Shown here: in pieces, positions 25,966 to 40,226 of the stretch
Layout: the number at the start of each line of letters is the position of its first letter
Position numbering within the stretch: the stretch's first letter is position 1
NCBI RefSeq assembly: GCF_009914755.1
Contig: NC_060946.1
Direction: 5' to 3' (one strand)
Origin: the human T2T-CHM13v2.0 reference genome, Homo sapiens
Length of the DNA: 64,000 nucleotides
The notes under the pieces: generated by a model
Seen by the model: the letters and a program-made list of their open reading frames with translations, nothing else
Databases searched by the model: none
What the model was told of the DNA's origin: nothing
Translations under genes and position numbers: made by a program

Positions 25966-28566
25966 TGATAAGGTTTGGCTGTGTCCTTACCCAAATCTTG
26001 AATTGTAGTTTCCATAATCCCCAAGTGTCATGGGAGGGACCCAGTGGGAGGTAATTGAATCATGGGAGCAGTTACTCCCATACTGCTGTTCTCATGATAG
26101 TGAGTGAGTTTTCACAAGATCTGATGGTTTTATAAGGGGCTTTCCCCCTTTTGCTCCACACTTGTCCTTTCTGCTTCCATGTAAAGAGGGATGTGTTTGC
26201 TTCCCCTTCTGCCATGATTGTAAGTTTCCTGAAGCCTCCCTAGCCTTGCTGAACTGAGTCTTTGCTTTATAAATAACCCAGTCTTGAGTAGTTCTTTATA
26301 GCAGTGTGAGAACAGACTAATACAGTAAATTGGTACCACAGAGAGTGGGGTGCTGCCATAAAGATACCCAAAAATGTGGAAGAGACATTGGAACTGGGTG
26401 ATAGGCAGAGGTTGGAAGTTTGGAGGGCCAAGAAGAAGACGGGAATATGTAGGAAAGTTTCAAACTTCCTAGAGACTTGTTGGATGGTTTTGGCCAAAAT
26501 GCTGATAGTGATATGGACAATGAAATCCACGCTGAGGTGGTCTCAGATGGAGATGAAAAACTTCATGGGAACTGGAGCAAAGGTGACTCTTGCCATGCTT
26601 TAGCAAAGAGACTGGTGGCATTTTGCCCCTCCCCTAAAGATCTATGGAATTTTGAACTAGAGAGAGATGATTTAAGGTATCTGGTGAAAGAAATTTCTAA
26701 ACAGCAAAGTGTTCAAGAGGAAGCAGGGCATAAAAGTTTGGAAAATTTGCAGCCTAATGATGTGATAGAAAAACCCCATTTTCTGGGGAGAAATTCAAGC
26801 TGGCTACAGAAATTTGCAAAAGTAACAAGGAGCCAAATGTTAGTCATCAAGACAATGGGGAAAATGTCTCCAGGACATGTCAGAGACCTTCCTGGCAGTC
26901 CCTCCCATCACAGGTCCGGAGGCCTAGGAGGGAAAAATGGTTTCCTGGGCCAGGTTCAGGGCCCCCCTGCTGTGTGCAGCCTTAGGACTTGGTGCCCTGA
27001 GTCCTAGCCACTCCAGCTGTGGCTAAAAGGGGCCAATGTACAGCTCATGCCATTGCTTCAGAGAGTGCAAGCCCCAAGCCTTGGCAGCTTCCACATGGTG
27101 TTGGGCCTGCTGGTGCACAGAAGTTAAGAATTGAGGTTTGAGAACCTCCACCTAGATTTCAGAGGATATATGGAAAGGCCTGGATGTTGAGGCAGAAGTC
27201 TGCTGCAGGGGTGGAGTCCTCATGGAGAACCTCTGCTAGGACAGTGCAGTAGGGAAATGTGGGGTCAGAGCCCCCACACAGAGTCTCCACTGGGGCACTG
27301 CCTAGTGCAGCTGTAGGAAGAGGGCCCCCATCCTCCAGACTGCAGAATGGTAGATCCACCGATAGCTTGCACTGTACGCCTGGAAAAGCCACACACAACA
27401 CCAGCCTATGAAAGCAGCAAGGAGCAGGGCTGTACCCTGCAAAGCCACAGGGGTGGAGCTGCCCAAGGCCATGGGATGCAAAGCTGCCACCTCTTGCATC
27501 AGTGTGCCCTGGATGTGAGGCATAGAGTCAAAGAAGATCATTTTGGAACTTTAAGGTTTAATAACTGCCCCGTTGGATTTTGGACCTGCATGGGGCCTGG
27601 AGCCCCTTTGTTTTGGCCAATTTCTCCCATTTGGAATGCATGTATTTACCCGATGCCTGTACCCCCGTTGTATCTAGGAAATAACTAAGTTGATTTTGAT
27701 TTTGCAGGCTCATAGGCGGAAGGGACTTGCCTTGTCTCAGATGAGACTTTGCACTTGGACTTTTGGGTTAATACTGGAATGAATTAAGACTTTGGAGGAC
27801 TGTTGGGAAGGCATGATTGTGTTTTGAAATGTGAGCACATGAGATTTGGGAGGGGCCAGGGGTGGAATGATATGGTTTGGCTGTGTCCGCACCCAAATCT
27901 CAGCTTGAATTGTAGTTCCCATAATCCACGCATGTCATGGGAGGTACCTGGTGGGAGGTAATTGAATCACGGGAGTGGTTACCTCCATGCTGTCTCATGA
28001 TAGTGAGTGAGTTCTCATGAGATCTAATGGTTTTGAGAGGGGCTTTTCCCCCTTTTGCTCAGCACTTCTCCTTCCTGAAGCTGTGTGAAGAAGGACATGT
28101 TTGCTTCCCCTTCCCCCATAATCGTAATAACTTTCCTGAGGCCTCCCCAGCCCTGCAGAACTGTGAGTCAACTAAACCTCTTTCCCTTTTTTTTATTTTG
28201 TTTTTTGTTTTTTTGAGACTGAGAATTGCTCTGTCACCCAGACTGGAGTGGTGCAGTGAAGCGATCTCGGCTCACTGCAACCTCTGCCTCCCAGGTTCAA
28301 GCAAGTCTCCTGCCTCAGCCTCCTGAGTAGCTAGGATTACAGGTGCCCACCACCATGCTGAGCTAATTTTTATATTTTAAGTAGAGACAGGATTTCATCA
28401 TGTTGGCCAGGCTGGTCTCTAACTCCTCACCTCAGGTGATCCACCCACCTCAGCATCCCAAAGTGCTGGGATTACAGGTGTGAGCCACCACGACCGGCCA
28501 ACCTCTTTCCTTTATAAATTACCCAGTCTCAGATAGTTCATAACAGCATGAGAACAGACTAATACA
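25966..28566 (+). mobile_element. Full-length THE1 (MaLR) provirus: 5'LTR 25966-26324, internal 26325-27867, 3'LTR 27868-28566 with AluS inserted (28186-28499)
   Basis: Both LTRs run TGATA.GGTTTGGCTGTGTCC...GACTAATACA; polypurine tract before the 3'LTR; TSD ccaga/ccagg; Alu TSD aacctctttcc. Confidence 0.92.
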
Positions 28567-30000
28567 CCAGGACATAGGGCTGGAGCAGACAGCGCTTTAC
28601 TAGCATCACGTGATTCCAGCTACACATGGGCATATAGCAGCCCCCTTCCCACAGATGACATGGAGCAAGTCTGAAGCACATGGCACTGGCTCAGGCAGGT
28701 GGTCATATCAATGGGGTGGTCCCCAAGGACACCAGTGCTCAGGAACCACAGGCCCCAAGCACACTCCTGCCAAGACAGGTCTAGGTCAAGATTAATTGCA
28801 TTAGAATCTCTGCAGAAGAGCCCTCAGCATCAGTATTTTGACCCAAAATTCTAGTATCCAGACAGCGGAAGCACAGCCTACCCTAGGCTTGAATACAAAC
28901 TTCACCATTGAATGTATAACCCGAGACAAGGAACCTCAGCTCTCTTAGCCTCAGATTCCCTGTCAGTTTAATTTACTATGGGGCACCCCCATCCTACATT
29001 TGCACTTGCACTTTCCCTTCCAGAATGACTTCCCTGCCAACTCATATTCTAGTATCCACAAAGACCCAGTTCAGAAACTAGTTCCTCTGTGGCTAATCCC
29101 GTCCTGAAATCATTTCTCCTTCCCCTGACATGGTGGCATTTATTACACGTGTTATGGGCTCGGAGAGGAGCTGGGGGCTCTTTAGAAACCAGCTATTCCA
29201 ACCCTTGACTTTCATGACAAGAAATTGAGGAGCTGATCGAGGAAAAGACTTGCTCAGTGTCCTAGAGCAGGTGCACAATGAAGCTGTGATAGTCGGGGAT
29301 CTTTCTGTTGCCCGGAGCATAGACTCGGGCATTTCTAGATCAGCCACTTGCCTCTCTGAGCTTCAGTTTCCTCACCCATAAAATGGGGAGGATAATGCCC
29401 ACCTCTCAGGGTTGCAGTGAGATTTAGATGATGGGCTTTGTAAACTGCAAGGTGATGTGTACTTGTGAGGGCTGCATTACCTGTTACCTCCATGGAGACA
29501 GCATTAAAGGCACAGGAGCTCCTTGGGGAAGGGATCTGCCTCAGGCAGCAGGAAACACCCAGCACACAACTGGTGCTCAGAAAGCCAGGCAGGGAGGCTT
29601 GTAGCAGGCCCAGGAATGTGGCCCACAAACGGGCACCATAGCTGCTCCAGGGCTCCAGGGCTCCAGGGCTCAGAGAGGTTTCTGGCTGGGATACCAGGGG
29701 AAAGAAGAGGGTGGAAGACCCAGAACTTTAGCAGACTTGGTGGGAGACCATGATACAGGGGCCAGAGAGAACTCTGACATCACACAGGGCTGGACTCCAG
29801 TGGCAACTCTTCTGTGTTTTGCCTGGACTACTCTCCACCCGGGGGCTGATGTGAGGCTCACAGGAGGCCCCCAGTGGGTGACACACCCAGTCTGGTGCCC
29901 AGCACGCTGTGAAATGTAATTAACACAGCTTCACTCCCCACTGCCCCTTTCTGAGCAGTCATCTCCATCATTTGATATAGTCTGCAGTAAGCACTTAATT

Positions 30001-30296
30001 TTTTTTTTTTTTTTTAGACAGAGTCTCACTCTGTCACCCAGGCTAGAGTGCAGTGGCACCATCTCGGCCTGCTGCAACCTCCGCCTCCCATGTTCAAGAA
30101 ATTCTCGTACCTCAGCCCCCTGAGTAGCTGGGACTACAGGTGCCCGTCACCATGCCTGGATAATTTTGGTATTTTTAATAGAGACGGGGTTTCACCATGT
30201 TGGCCAGGCTGGTCTTGAACCCGTGACCTCAAGTGGTCTGTCTGCCTTGGCCTCCTGAAGTGCTGGGATTACAGGTGTGAGCTACCGTGCCCGGCC
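30001..30296 (-). mobile_element. AluS
   Basis: Alu dimer with TSD agcacttaatt. Confidence 0.9.
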
Positions 30297-32271
30297 ATGA
30301 GCACTTAATTTTATCAAGTAAATATTCCATGAGGCGTGTGTTATCATCTCCATTCTATCCAAGAGTGGCCTGAGGCCTGGAGAGGTGAGGAATTTCCCTG
30401 GGTCACATCAATGCTGACTTGTAGAGATGGGACTCAAACCCAGGTCAGCCTGAATTCAGAGCCCAGGATCCCTTTTCTGCTCCATAATGTGGGGCTGTGT
30501 CAGGAGGATCCTGGTAACAAGTTGGGGATTCTGACCTGGCTCGGTTCCTAGGCTGTCAGCTGGGCCACCTCTAGGCTCCAGGAAGGGCATGACACCAATG
30601 GTAGATGATGGCTCTATAAGCCAGGTCAAGCTCATTCATTCTGAGGCTACATTAATAGAGGCAGTGGTCAGGAGGTGGGAGGTGAAAGACAATTTAGAAA
30701 CAGTACTGGTCATATCACCTCTGGGGCACTGCTGGACTCCATGCTCCCAGAAGGTTGTGAACAAACTCAGGGTATGGGGCTGGAGCTCCCTGAACAGCAT
30801 CACTGGGTTGGCGACGTCCCTGAGGAGTGGTTGTAAGGCGTGAGCTGCTCACCATGGAGAAGAGTGACCTCAGAAGATCAACACCCTTCGTCCCCTCTCC
30901 CCAGGCAGGCAGAGCAAGCAGAGTCTGTGGGTCCAGGGTGCAGAGCTGGGATCCATGGGGAAGACGCAGGCAGTTGGATTTTAGCACCACGTGAGCAAAA
31001 ATCTAAGAGTTAAATAAGATAAAAACCAGGGAAGTGCTTAAAAACAATGAAGTCCTGCCAGGGATGCTTGTTAACGGACTCTGCCATTGTCAAGTTGCCA
31101 GCAGATAACTTTGACGCATAAGCCACAAATAATAGAGACCAAAGAGACGTTTTCAGAGCAGAATGTTGTAAGCAATTGAGATATTCAACCATCTGAGCCA
31201 GAAACATTTCCCCACACGCTGCTTGGCAAAGGAGGGTGATGGAGAGGGAGGTGGGAGGGGCCAACTATCTTTCCCCGGTCTAAGTCACAAAGCAAAGCAA
31301 TGGGGATAAAGCACAGGTCAAAGCCCCTGCTATGTAAAGAACTGACGAGGGAGGGGTGATCAAGGGAGGCTGAGTGCCTGTGGGCATGGAGGCCTGTGTC
31401 CGTGACAAGGGACAAAGGACAGGGATCAAGAATGTTCCTAAAGGCCTCTAAATCCTTCACCTGGTGACCCAGGTGGCCAGGTCTCCCCTCTGCACTGGGG
31501 GAGGAAATCCCAAACCCAGCTGCTGAGGGTGGGGGCAGTGCATAGAGCATTCCAGCTCTGCAGACAGTGTTGTGGGAGCCGCCGCGGACCACCTGGCTCC
31601 AAGTGGGACAGCCTTTTCCTGCTGCAGGGACAGCGTCCGTACCTGCCCCCACCCAGGAGATGGCCAGAGGGGCAGAGTCCTGCTCAGACCCAGGGGGTCC
31701 TGGAGGGAAGGGGACAGCCTCCTGCATGCTCACTGTCTGCCCCTTCCTCCTCCTTTTCCAATCCCACTGCAGCACTGGGCCCTCCTTTCCTCTGCTTGCT
31801 CCCTTTTCTCACATTTGCTCCCCAAAACCAAACTCCTCGCCATGCCCCAACAGTGCCCTCCTGACCCAGCCCCTGCCTGCCCTGCTCCCCCCGACCCCCA
31901 CCCACTGCCGGCCCTTCCCTCCTTCAGTCTCACCCCAGGGCCTTTGCACCTGCCATTGCCTTCACCTGCAAAACCCAGCCTCTCATCCTCAGTCTCAGCT
32001 CAGTTGTCACCTCAGGAAGGCCTTCCTGGGCCACCCGGGCCAATGTTGCTCTCACCCCCACCCTGCCTCACTCTCACACGATCTTGTTTTCTTCACGGCC
32101 CCACCACTCCTGGAAAAATCTCATATTTACATTTTCCCGTTTGTTGTTCAGCATCTGCTCCCGCACGCCCACCAGAATGTAAGGTTTCTTCAAGGCAGTG
32201 TCTCCAGGGCCTATAACTCACTAAGCATAAGCTGATAAATGAATGAAAGAATGAATGAGTGGCTTATTGTC

Positions 32272-32488
<217 letters not shown>

Positions 32489-33372
32489 TTTTTCTCTTTA
32501 GTTCCCACGTGTATTCCTTTGCTTCCCGTTCTCACTCACGCCTCCATCTCTCTAACCTCCCCATCTCCACTGAGGCTGAGCATTTCCTCAGGGCCTGGCC
32601 GGGGGCACAGCATGGGTCCCGTGCTGCCAATGGGGAGAGCAGTGACTCGTGGAGAGGCCAGAGGCCTGGTGTCCCTGGCATCCTCTCTGCCCCAGGTACA
32701 GGCACAGCTACGTCACAAACCTTCTGCAGGAATGAGGCTGTGGGGATAGCAGGGGCCACTGGGCCCAACAGAAGCACCCACAGCTGGGATCCTGAAAAGA
32801 CCCGGACCCCCCTCTCCTCCTCCTCCTGCTTCCTGCCAGGGCCTTCCACCCTCTGGACCTGATAGGAAGTCAGAAGTCAAGGTTTCCTGAGTGGGGTAGA
32901 TGCCGGGGGTCACCCCCAAGGGCCGCTGCAGGACTGAGAAAGTCTGGGGGGAGCACCCCCACCCCATCATCTCAGTTGGCTCCTCTGGTCTCTGACGCGG
33001 GCATCAGGCACTTTCTCAATCTTCTGTGAGGTGCTCCGTGGGCAGCTCCACGGCAGAACAGGAGCCCCTCTCCCCAGCAATGCTGCCCTCCTAGTCCCCC
33101 CGTGGAAATTCTGAAAGTAAGACATGTGTCTCTGTGGCTGTCCTCCTTTCTCTCCCTGATGAGACGGGGCAAGAGGGAGGGCAGGTGACCTGGGTACACA
33201 GTGACCGGGGACATGCTGACAGGCTGCGCCCCAAGGAACGGACTCCAAGCTGCAGGGTCTCCACGGAGATTGGCAGGGCCTCTTCCCGCTGGGGCAGATG
33301 TGGGCACACAGGACAAAGGCCAGAGCAGGAATCAAGGGACACCAGTCACTGGGCTGGCCCTGCTCGGCCCCC

Positions 33373-33463
33373 TCAGGCCTGGTGGGTGGGCCCGAGCTCC
33401 TCTCTATGAGGAGCTATCTGGGGTTGGAGGGGGCTTGTTTCCAGGACGCGAGTGGCCGGAGGG
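33373..33463 (-). CDS. PNPLA5: PNPLA5 exon 9 coding part (91 nt incl. TGA)
   Basis: cag|CCCT... SPPATRVLETSPLQPQIAPHREELGPTHQA*; exons sum to 1290 nt = 429 aa. Confidence 0.92.
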
Positions 33464-34135
33464 CTGTGGAGGGAGGAGAAGCCACGGGTAAATGCCTGGG
33501 GCTCGGGAAGGGTAGGTGAAACCACGTGGGTGCAGGCGCAGCCACAGTGAACCCAGGTCACTCTTCCCCCAAATCCTGCTCTGAGGGAGGACATGTGGAC
33601 CTCAGTGTGGCTGAGCTGGAAGTGTCAGGGAGGTCCTGGGATGGCCACTCCCCAGAGAACTGCACTGATGTCCCTGCTAAACAGATAACTGTCGAGTGGG
33701 TGGGGGAGGGCCACACAGGACCCCCCAAGTCTGGAGGGCTGGTCAGAGAAGAGGGACCAGGCCACTGCAGGCCAGACCACACACAGGGCCAGCCTCGTCC
33801 AAGGTCACGTGGGGACGTCTGGAACAATGGCAGGAGGACTGGCAGGGAGCTGGTGAAGCCGCAAGAGGCACCTGTCCCATGGGTGGCCCAGTGACTGCAC
33901 CTGGCAGGTCATGCAGACTGACCAAGGTGACTGTCATAGAGCGTCTAGCACAGGTCGGGCGCACAGCAGTGACCAACACACGTGCCAATGGCTGCATGAG
34001 TAGGCCAGAGGGACGCAGGTAAGCAGGTGGGCAGGCAGATGGCATGGCCGGCCTACCCAGGGTCCAGGGAAGCAGCTGGTGCGTTCCCCCCAGCACAGCC
34101 ACCTCCTCTCCATCCCTGCCCTCTGCCCACCTCAC

Positions 34136-34252
34136 CTGATGGGCCCAAGGAGCTGGGCCTTGGTCCTGGAGAAAACCTCGAGGGCCATGTTCCTCAGCAG
34201 GCCCTGCATCCACCACAAGTCCGCCGGCACATCGGGCAGCCACACCACCAAC
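34136..34252 (-). CDS. PNPLA5: PNPLA5 exon 8 (117 nt)
   Basis: cag|GT...AG|GTGAGG; LVVWLPDVPADLWWMQ..., homologous to WLPDVPED of PNPLA2. Confidence 0.93.
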
Positions 34253-35842
34253 CTGGAGGAAGGGGCAGGTCAGCTTTGCCCAGGTGAGCCTGGGGTGTGG
34301 CCCCACCAAGCCCACCCTCCCCATAGGCCCAGAGCACAGCCGGGAGCCCTGCTCCTGAGGGCTGCCCAGGTTAGGGAAGAAGGGCCAGCAGCGTTGGCCA
34401 CTGTTGCAGAGCAGGTCAGAGCCACAGGGACACCTGCAGGGTTGGAAAGATCCAAAATGGACTTTGAACTTGGCAGAGGTGGCCAGGCCTTAGGTTCCTT
34501 GACTCCAGAGGAAACAAGTAGGAAGCGCAGGGAGGGAGAGGGTGGACCTTTGGGGTCAGGCTGGCTTGAGGCTACAGCCCAGCCTCCCTGCCCATCAGCT
34601 GGGTGACCTGCACAGGTCAGGGAACCTGTCAAATGAGGACAGTCACCTCACCCATAGTTCCTAATGTCCTCCTTATCGCCGTCCATTTCTCTCTCTTCTC
34701 TCCCAGCTAGCCCCTGCCCTCCCTACCCCATGCCCCTTCGTCCACTCTCCTCTCAGAAGCTGCTGGCCCTCCGAAAACAGCTGACAGAGCCCCCTCTTGC
34801 TCAAGATGTCCCCGTGGTTCCCCACTGCCTCCATGATGGAGCCAGCCCCAGATTCAGGGTCCTTGGAACTGCGTGTTATCCCAGCACAGAGGAGAGACAG
34901 CATGAGTCTGTCTGCAGAGCCACAGCCCTGTGGGGCCAGGCCTGAGAAAGCCCTGGCCGGACACCTCAGACACTGGCCACTGCAGGGCCTCAACCTGCAC
35001 CACAGCACCCTTGGAGGGGCCCCTACACCAGACCTCAAACTAGGCATGCAGTCCAGAGAGTGTGGTGTGACGGCAAGACATAAGCTGGACTGTCACCTCC
35101 CTTGCTCTGGACCTCCTGCCTCTATTAATGCAACCTATGTGTTGAACATATGTATTGTGAAATATGCCAAGAGTGAAGTTCCCTGTGGTCTGGGCAGGCT
35201 CCCCTTTGGGGCTCACACAATGAGTTTCTTTTTTTAACTGAAAACTGGACTTTACATTTATACTTTTGGATTTCAACTTGTGGTTTCCGTAAACAGCTCA
35301 GCGTGAGGAGAATCTGTCGGTAGAAAGCTCTCTCCTGGGTTTGGGCCACTGGCAATTTAAACAGCAGGGCTGACCCAGTCATTAACTCAACATTGAGCAG
35401 GACAGAGACCTGTGGTTCACCATCATAGACCTTCTTCCAGAGAATTTTTGAAAATACAGGTCCCCCCATGACACCTCCCTGCTTAAACCCTTCCCAGCCT
35501 TTCCACCACTCTCCAGACAAAGACCACGCTCAGCTGGCTCCAGAGCTCAGTGCGTCTGCCCCACCAGCCTCCCCTGCGTCGTGTACGGCACACTCCCTGA
35601 GGCTCCAGCTTTACTGGCCTCCCTTCCTGCTCCTCGAATGGGCCTTTCTCCCTCCTGCCTCTGGATCTTTGCACATGCTGTTCCATCTGCCGAGAACATT
35701 CTCCTTGTCCTCTTTGCCTGGTGGACGCTGACTCATCCTTCAGATTATAGCCTAAGAGTCATCTCCTCCGGGCAGCCTTCCCTGGCCAGAGAGTCCCTAG
35801 ATTGAGCTGTGCAGCTGGAAGCCAGTGTAGACCTCTCCCAGG

Positions 35843-35861
35843 GAACCTCTAGGTGGCGCTG
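35843..35861 (+). promoter_or_regulatory. Putative CTCF site (PNPLA5 intron 7)
   Basis: GAACCTCTAGGTGGCGCTG matches the CTCF core CC(A/T)C(T/C)AG(G/A)TGGCGC. Confidence 0.6.
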
Positions 35862-36115
35862 TAGTTACAGGTGAGTGTGTGATAATTTGTAGGTCGTGAG
35901 CTCCACCAGGCCAGGAGCTGGGTCTGCGTCGGGGCTGCTTCCATGGCCCCCAGCCAGGCCTTGGCCCCTGAGAGGTCCTCAGCAACTGCTGGTGGGATGA
36001 ATGAACAACTGACGCAGACGGGCACATTAACCAGCAAGTCAGAATGTTACTGAGAGCCTAACCACAGCCGGCCTGGCTTGGAAGGGGCTTGTTTTACAGA
36101 AAAGGAACCTGTAGC

Positions 36116-36598
<483 letters not shown>

Positions 36599-36786
36599 TC
36601 ATTTTGCAGAGGAGATCACAGAGGCTCTGAGTCATGCAGTCAACACCACACAGTGTGGGGACACCAGCCGGGCTCCCCCCACCCCGCCGAGCCCTACCCA
36701 CCCAGTGTGCCAGCCGCCCCTCCTGCCATGGGCACCAGTCTCCGCCACAAGCCAGGCCCTTCCCAGGCCCCCTGGCCGAGCCTTAC

Positions 36787-36919
36787 CTTCTGCTGCGGAA
36801 GTAGATGTACTCGAAGGGCAGTGTGCAGGGTAGCAGCAGGTACGTCAGCACCTGTCCAGGCCCCGAGTGCCAGAAGCGGGCCCACCGGCTGGGATCCCTC
36901 GTACATGCTTTCTTCAGTG
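36787..36919 (-). CDS. PNPLA5: PNPLA5 exon 7 (133 nt)
   Basis: cag|CA...AG|GTAAGG; ALKKACTRDPSRWARF...LLLPCTLPFEYIYFRSRR (hydrophobic/Pro stretch plus basic patch). Confidence 0.93.
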
Positions 36920-38877
36920 CTGCAAGAGAAGCCCTGGCATGGCCCTGCCCACCTGAAGTCTGTGGGCCAGCAACCTGAGCCCCCCCATTTCACACAGTAA
37001 GAGACTGCACCCCCTCCACCTTCTGCAGATGAAGAAGCAACACTGAGCAAGCCCCCACCACAGGCCAGCAGGTAGCTCTGCGCTCATCGTTGTCCGTGAG
37101 ACAAGTGGTGTATGCCCTCTCGTAGATGAGGAGACTGAGGTTCAGAGTGGAGAAGTGACTTGCCTAAGGACCATCAACAGGAAGTGGCAGGGCCAGGATG
37201 GACTTGAGGACTCTCAGGCTCCTGAGTTGTTTCTACCTCTTCTGCCCCTCTAGAAAGTCTGTGGCCTGCTAGGCTGGGACAGATGCTCTCACCACACTCT
37301 CTCAATAACAGTAACACGACAGTGTTATTAATAACCACAGCCACAACTATGACCGCAGCAACCATTTCCTGGGTGCTCTATTCACTGACCTGACCAGAGT
37401 GGAAGGGACCAGCATCTGGGCTGGGACGGAGCCGGAGCCCAAATCCCAGCCTCCAGACACAGCCCAGGCCACAGCTCAGGCCACCACGTCCACTCTGGCC
37501 ACTGCCCTCTGGAGACGGAGGATTACGAGGATTCACAGATAGCACAGGCCAGAGACCCTGCTCCACATCCACCTGCTGAGTGTCCTAGGACGAGTCCTAG
37601 CTTCCTTCTCCATAAACTGGGGATCCCAGCAGGACATTCCTCCCTGGGCAGGCAGGTGAGGATTAGAGATGAGATTCACAATTCCCTTCCCAAATGGCGA
37701 GGGCGCAGCGCCCAGGAGTTGGTGCTCCACCCGAGGCAGCTCTCTGGTGCCCCCGTGTGGCTACAGGTACACTGCCGGGTTCCAGAATCCCAAGCTTGGA
37801 CCTCAGGGGTTCCGCACAGGTCCCCGCCCATTTCTGCAAGTCCTCGTGTGGTCTCCGGCATGGAAAGGGGCCCCCTTCCTCATCCCCTTGCCCACCCCAC
37901 TCTCCCTGATCTGGCCTCGACCGCCATCCCTCTCCTCCCAGCCTCCCACCCCTTCAGCCTCTTCCCACCCAGCTGGGTCCACCACCCCCTCCCGCCCACC
38001 TCACTTGCTCCTCCCACAGCTTTTGAGACCACCTGCCCACCCTGCCAGCCTCCCAAGCTCACCTCTGCTGCCTGTCCCTCATGCCGCAGCCACAGGGACC
38101 TCCTGGCTGTCCCTCACCAACCCCAGGACCTTTGCACGTGCCATGCCCTCTCCCCGATGCTCTTCTGCCTCTTGGCCTGGCCAACATCTCTTTTCCAGCT
38201 TCACTTAGATGCTGCTCAAAGTCACCCCCCACCATCGTTACATGTGCCTGTGGGACTCTGTACTTTCCTGTTGTTGCAGTTGTGACATTTAGTCACACAG
38301 CAGGCGGGCAGACTAAATGGTTCCGAGTAGAACCCCTAGTTCTGCCATTTGCTACTGTGTGACCTTGGGCAAGTCGCTTAACTTCTCTGTGCTATGGTTT
38401 CCGCATCTGTACAATGAGAACAATTCTGTACTATCCTCAGATGGTTGTTGGAAGGATGAAATGAGTTCATTTTCATCTGGGGAATCCAGAACCCTCTGTG
38501 TGTGCCTCTCCTATGTCTGTCAACACTCCCGCCCTTTCCGGGGCAGTGGGCAAAGACCTGGCTTTCGCAGGCACAGGCTTGGGTTCAAATCCCCTAGTTG
38601 CAGGCTCTGAGCCCTTGGTGAGTCCCTTCCTTTCTCTGAGGTTTGGTTTCCTCATCAGTGAAGTGGGTACGAATAATGCCTAGGCCCAGGGTTGTGGGGA
38701 AGAATGAACGATGCCACATGTGAAAAGCCCATAGTACCACACTTGGCATTTAGTAGGTGCTCAGTAAATGAGTCCTGTCCTCTTCCAGACCACGAGTGCC
38801 TTCAAGGCAGGGTCCCTGAGCCCGGGCCCCTGAGTGCAGGGCCCTGGTAGGTGAGCAAATGCAGGTAGAGTCCCTAC

Positions 38878-39063
38878 CAGCCTCCAGCTCTGGTGAGAGC
38901 TGCTCAAAGTTGGGTACATCCTTGACTTGCACATGGGGCACTTTCCAGTTGAGAGACAGGCCCCCCTTCCAGCGTTGGTCACAGCCAGCATCCCAGTTTC
39001 CGTCAGCCGGGGCTGGGGGTTCCTTAGACACCAGCGTCCATAGCACTGGTTCCTTGGTGAGTC
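38878..39063 (-). CDS. PNPLA5: PNPLA5 exon 6 (186 nt)
   Basis: cag|GA...G|GTAGGG; GLTKEPVLWTLVSKEPP...LSPELEA, phase matches exons 5 and 7. Confidence 0.92.
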
Positions 39064-40165
39064 CTGGGTCAGGGGAAGGGAGAGGATAAGTCAAGCATCT
39101 GAGCCTCCCCAAGGCGCCCCATGCTGCCCACATCCCTCAGAGCCCAAACCCAGTTCTGGGGATCCACTGTGCTGTGGGACGGACCCACAGCTTATTCCGG
39201 ATGACTCCCTTCTGCCTTCCCCTGGCCCTGCTCTGCCCTGCTCCCTGCCCACTTTCGAGTGGCTCATCAGAGCCCAGACCCCAAAGACACAATCCAGAGT
39301 TCGAATTCTGGCTCCACCACCTGCAAGCTATGTGACCCAATGCCCTTTGCCTCAGTTTCCCTCTCTGTAAAAAAGGAAAAGTAAGACCTGCTTTATACAG
39401 TTACTCTGAGAATTAAACAAGATAAATACATAAAGCTTAAGCTCACGTCTGGGCACATATTAAGCGCTCGCCAAATGCCTCCTGATTGTGTGTTTTTGGT
39501 TGTAACGTAGGACTTGAGCACATGAGTTCTGGAGCCAGGTGGCCTGTGTCTGAATGTCTATTGCACCAATTTGAAGAGCTCTGTCCTGTGGATGATGTTC
39601 AGGCTCTCCAGCCCAGACCTCTCTGGCACACCCACTGCCCCATGAACACAGACACACACACACACACCCCTCCTGCCATATTGAGTTATGTGCCCTCAAG
39701 GTGCCTGCCTCTGTCCCTTCTCTCTTGTTTTTCCCTCTGCCTAGAATGCCCTCTTCTTTTGCTGGAATCTTCAATTTTGCTGGTGTCTTCATAACTAGTC
39801 AAAACCCAGCTTATCTGTCACTGCCTCCAGGAAGCCCTCCTTGCCTACCCCCAACCCCCAGGCTGAGTCCAATGCCTCCTCTGGACTCCCACAGCCTTGA
39901 GCATCCCTCTGTCACTACACCCATCTCCCTGGGTTGTCTCTCTCTGAGTCTGTCCCCCTGTACCAGGCTGCGGGCTGCTCAACAGTGGAACTTGTATGTG
40001 ATTCTTCTCTGAGTCCCCAGTACTCAGCTCAGGTCCAGCACAGAGCAGATGATGAGGAAGAGACTGAGTTAGCCCATGTCCCTAGCAGCTCAAAGGCCCA
40101 AGAGGCAGGGTCTACCTGGCACCATGTGGGACATGATCCCCAGCCACTGTGGGACTGCCACCTAC

Positions 40166-40226
40166 CACGTCTCTCCAGGAACCTCAGGGCATCCAGGTAG
40201 CCTTGTCTGCAGTTGTCGGCCACTAC
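40166..40226 (-). CDS. PNPLA5: PNPLA5 exon 5 (61 nt)
   Basis: cag|GTA...G|GTAGGT; VVADNCRQGYLDALRFLERR (GYxDALRFL is conserved in PNPLA2/3). Confidence 0.95.

Noticed and set aside
26477-27007. 176-aa ORF
   Set aside because: Relic reading frame of the THE1 internal sequence, not a host gene
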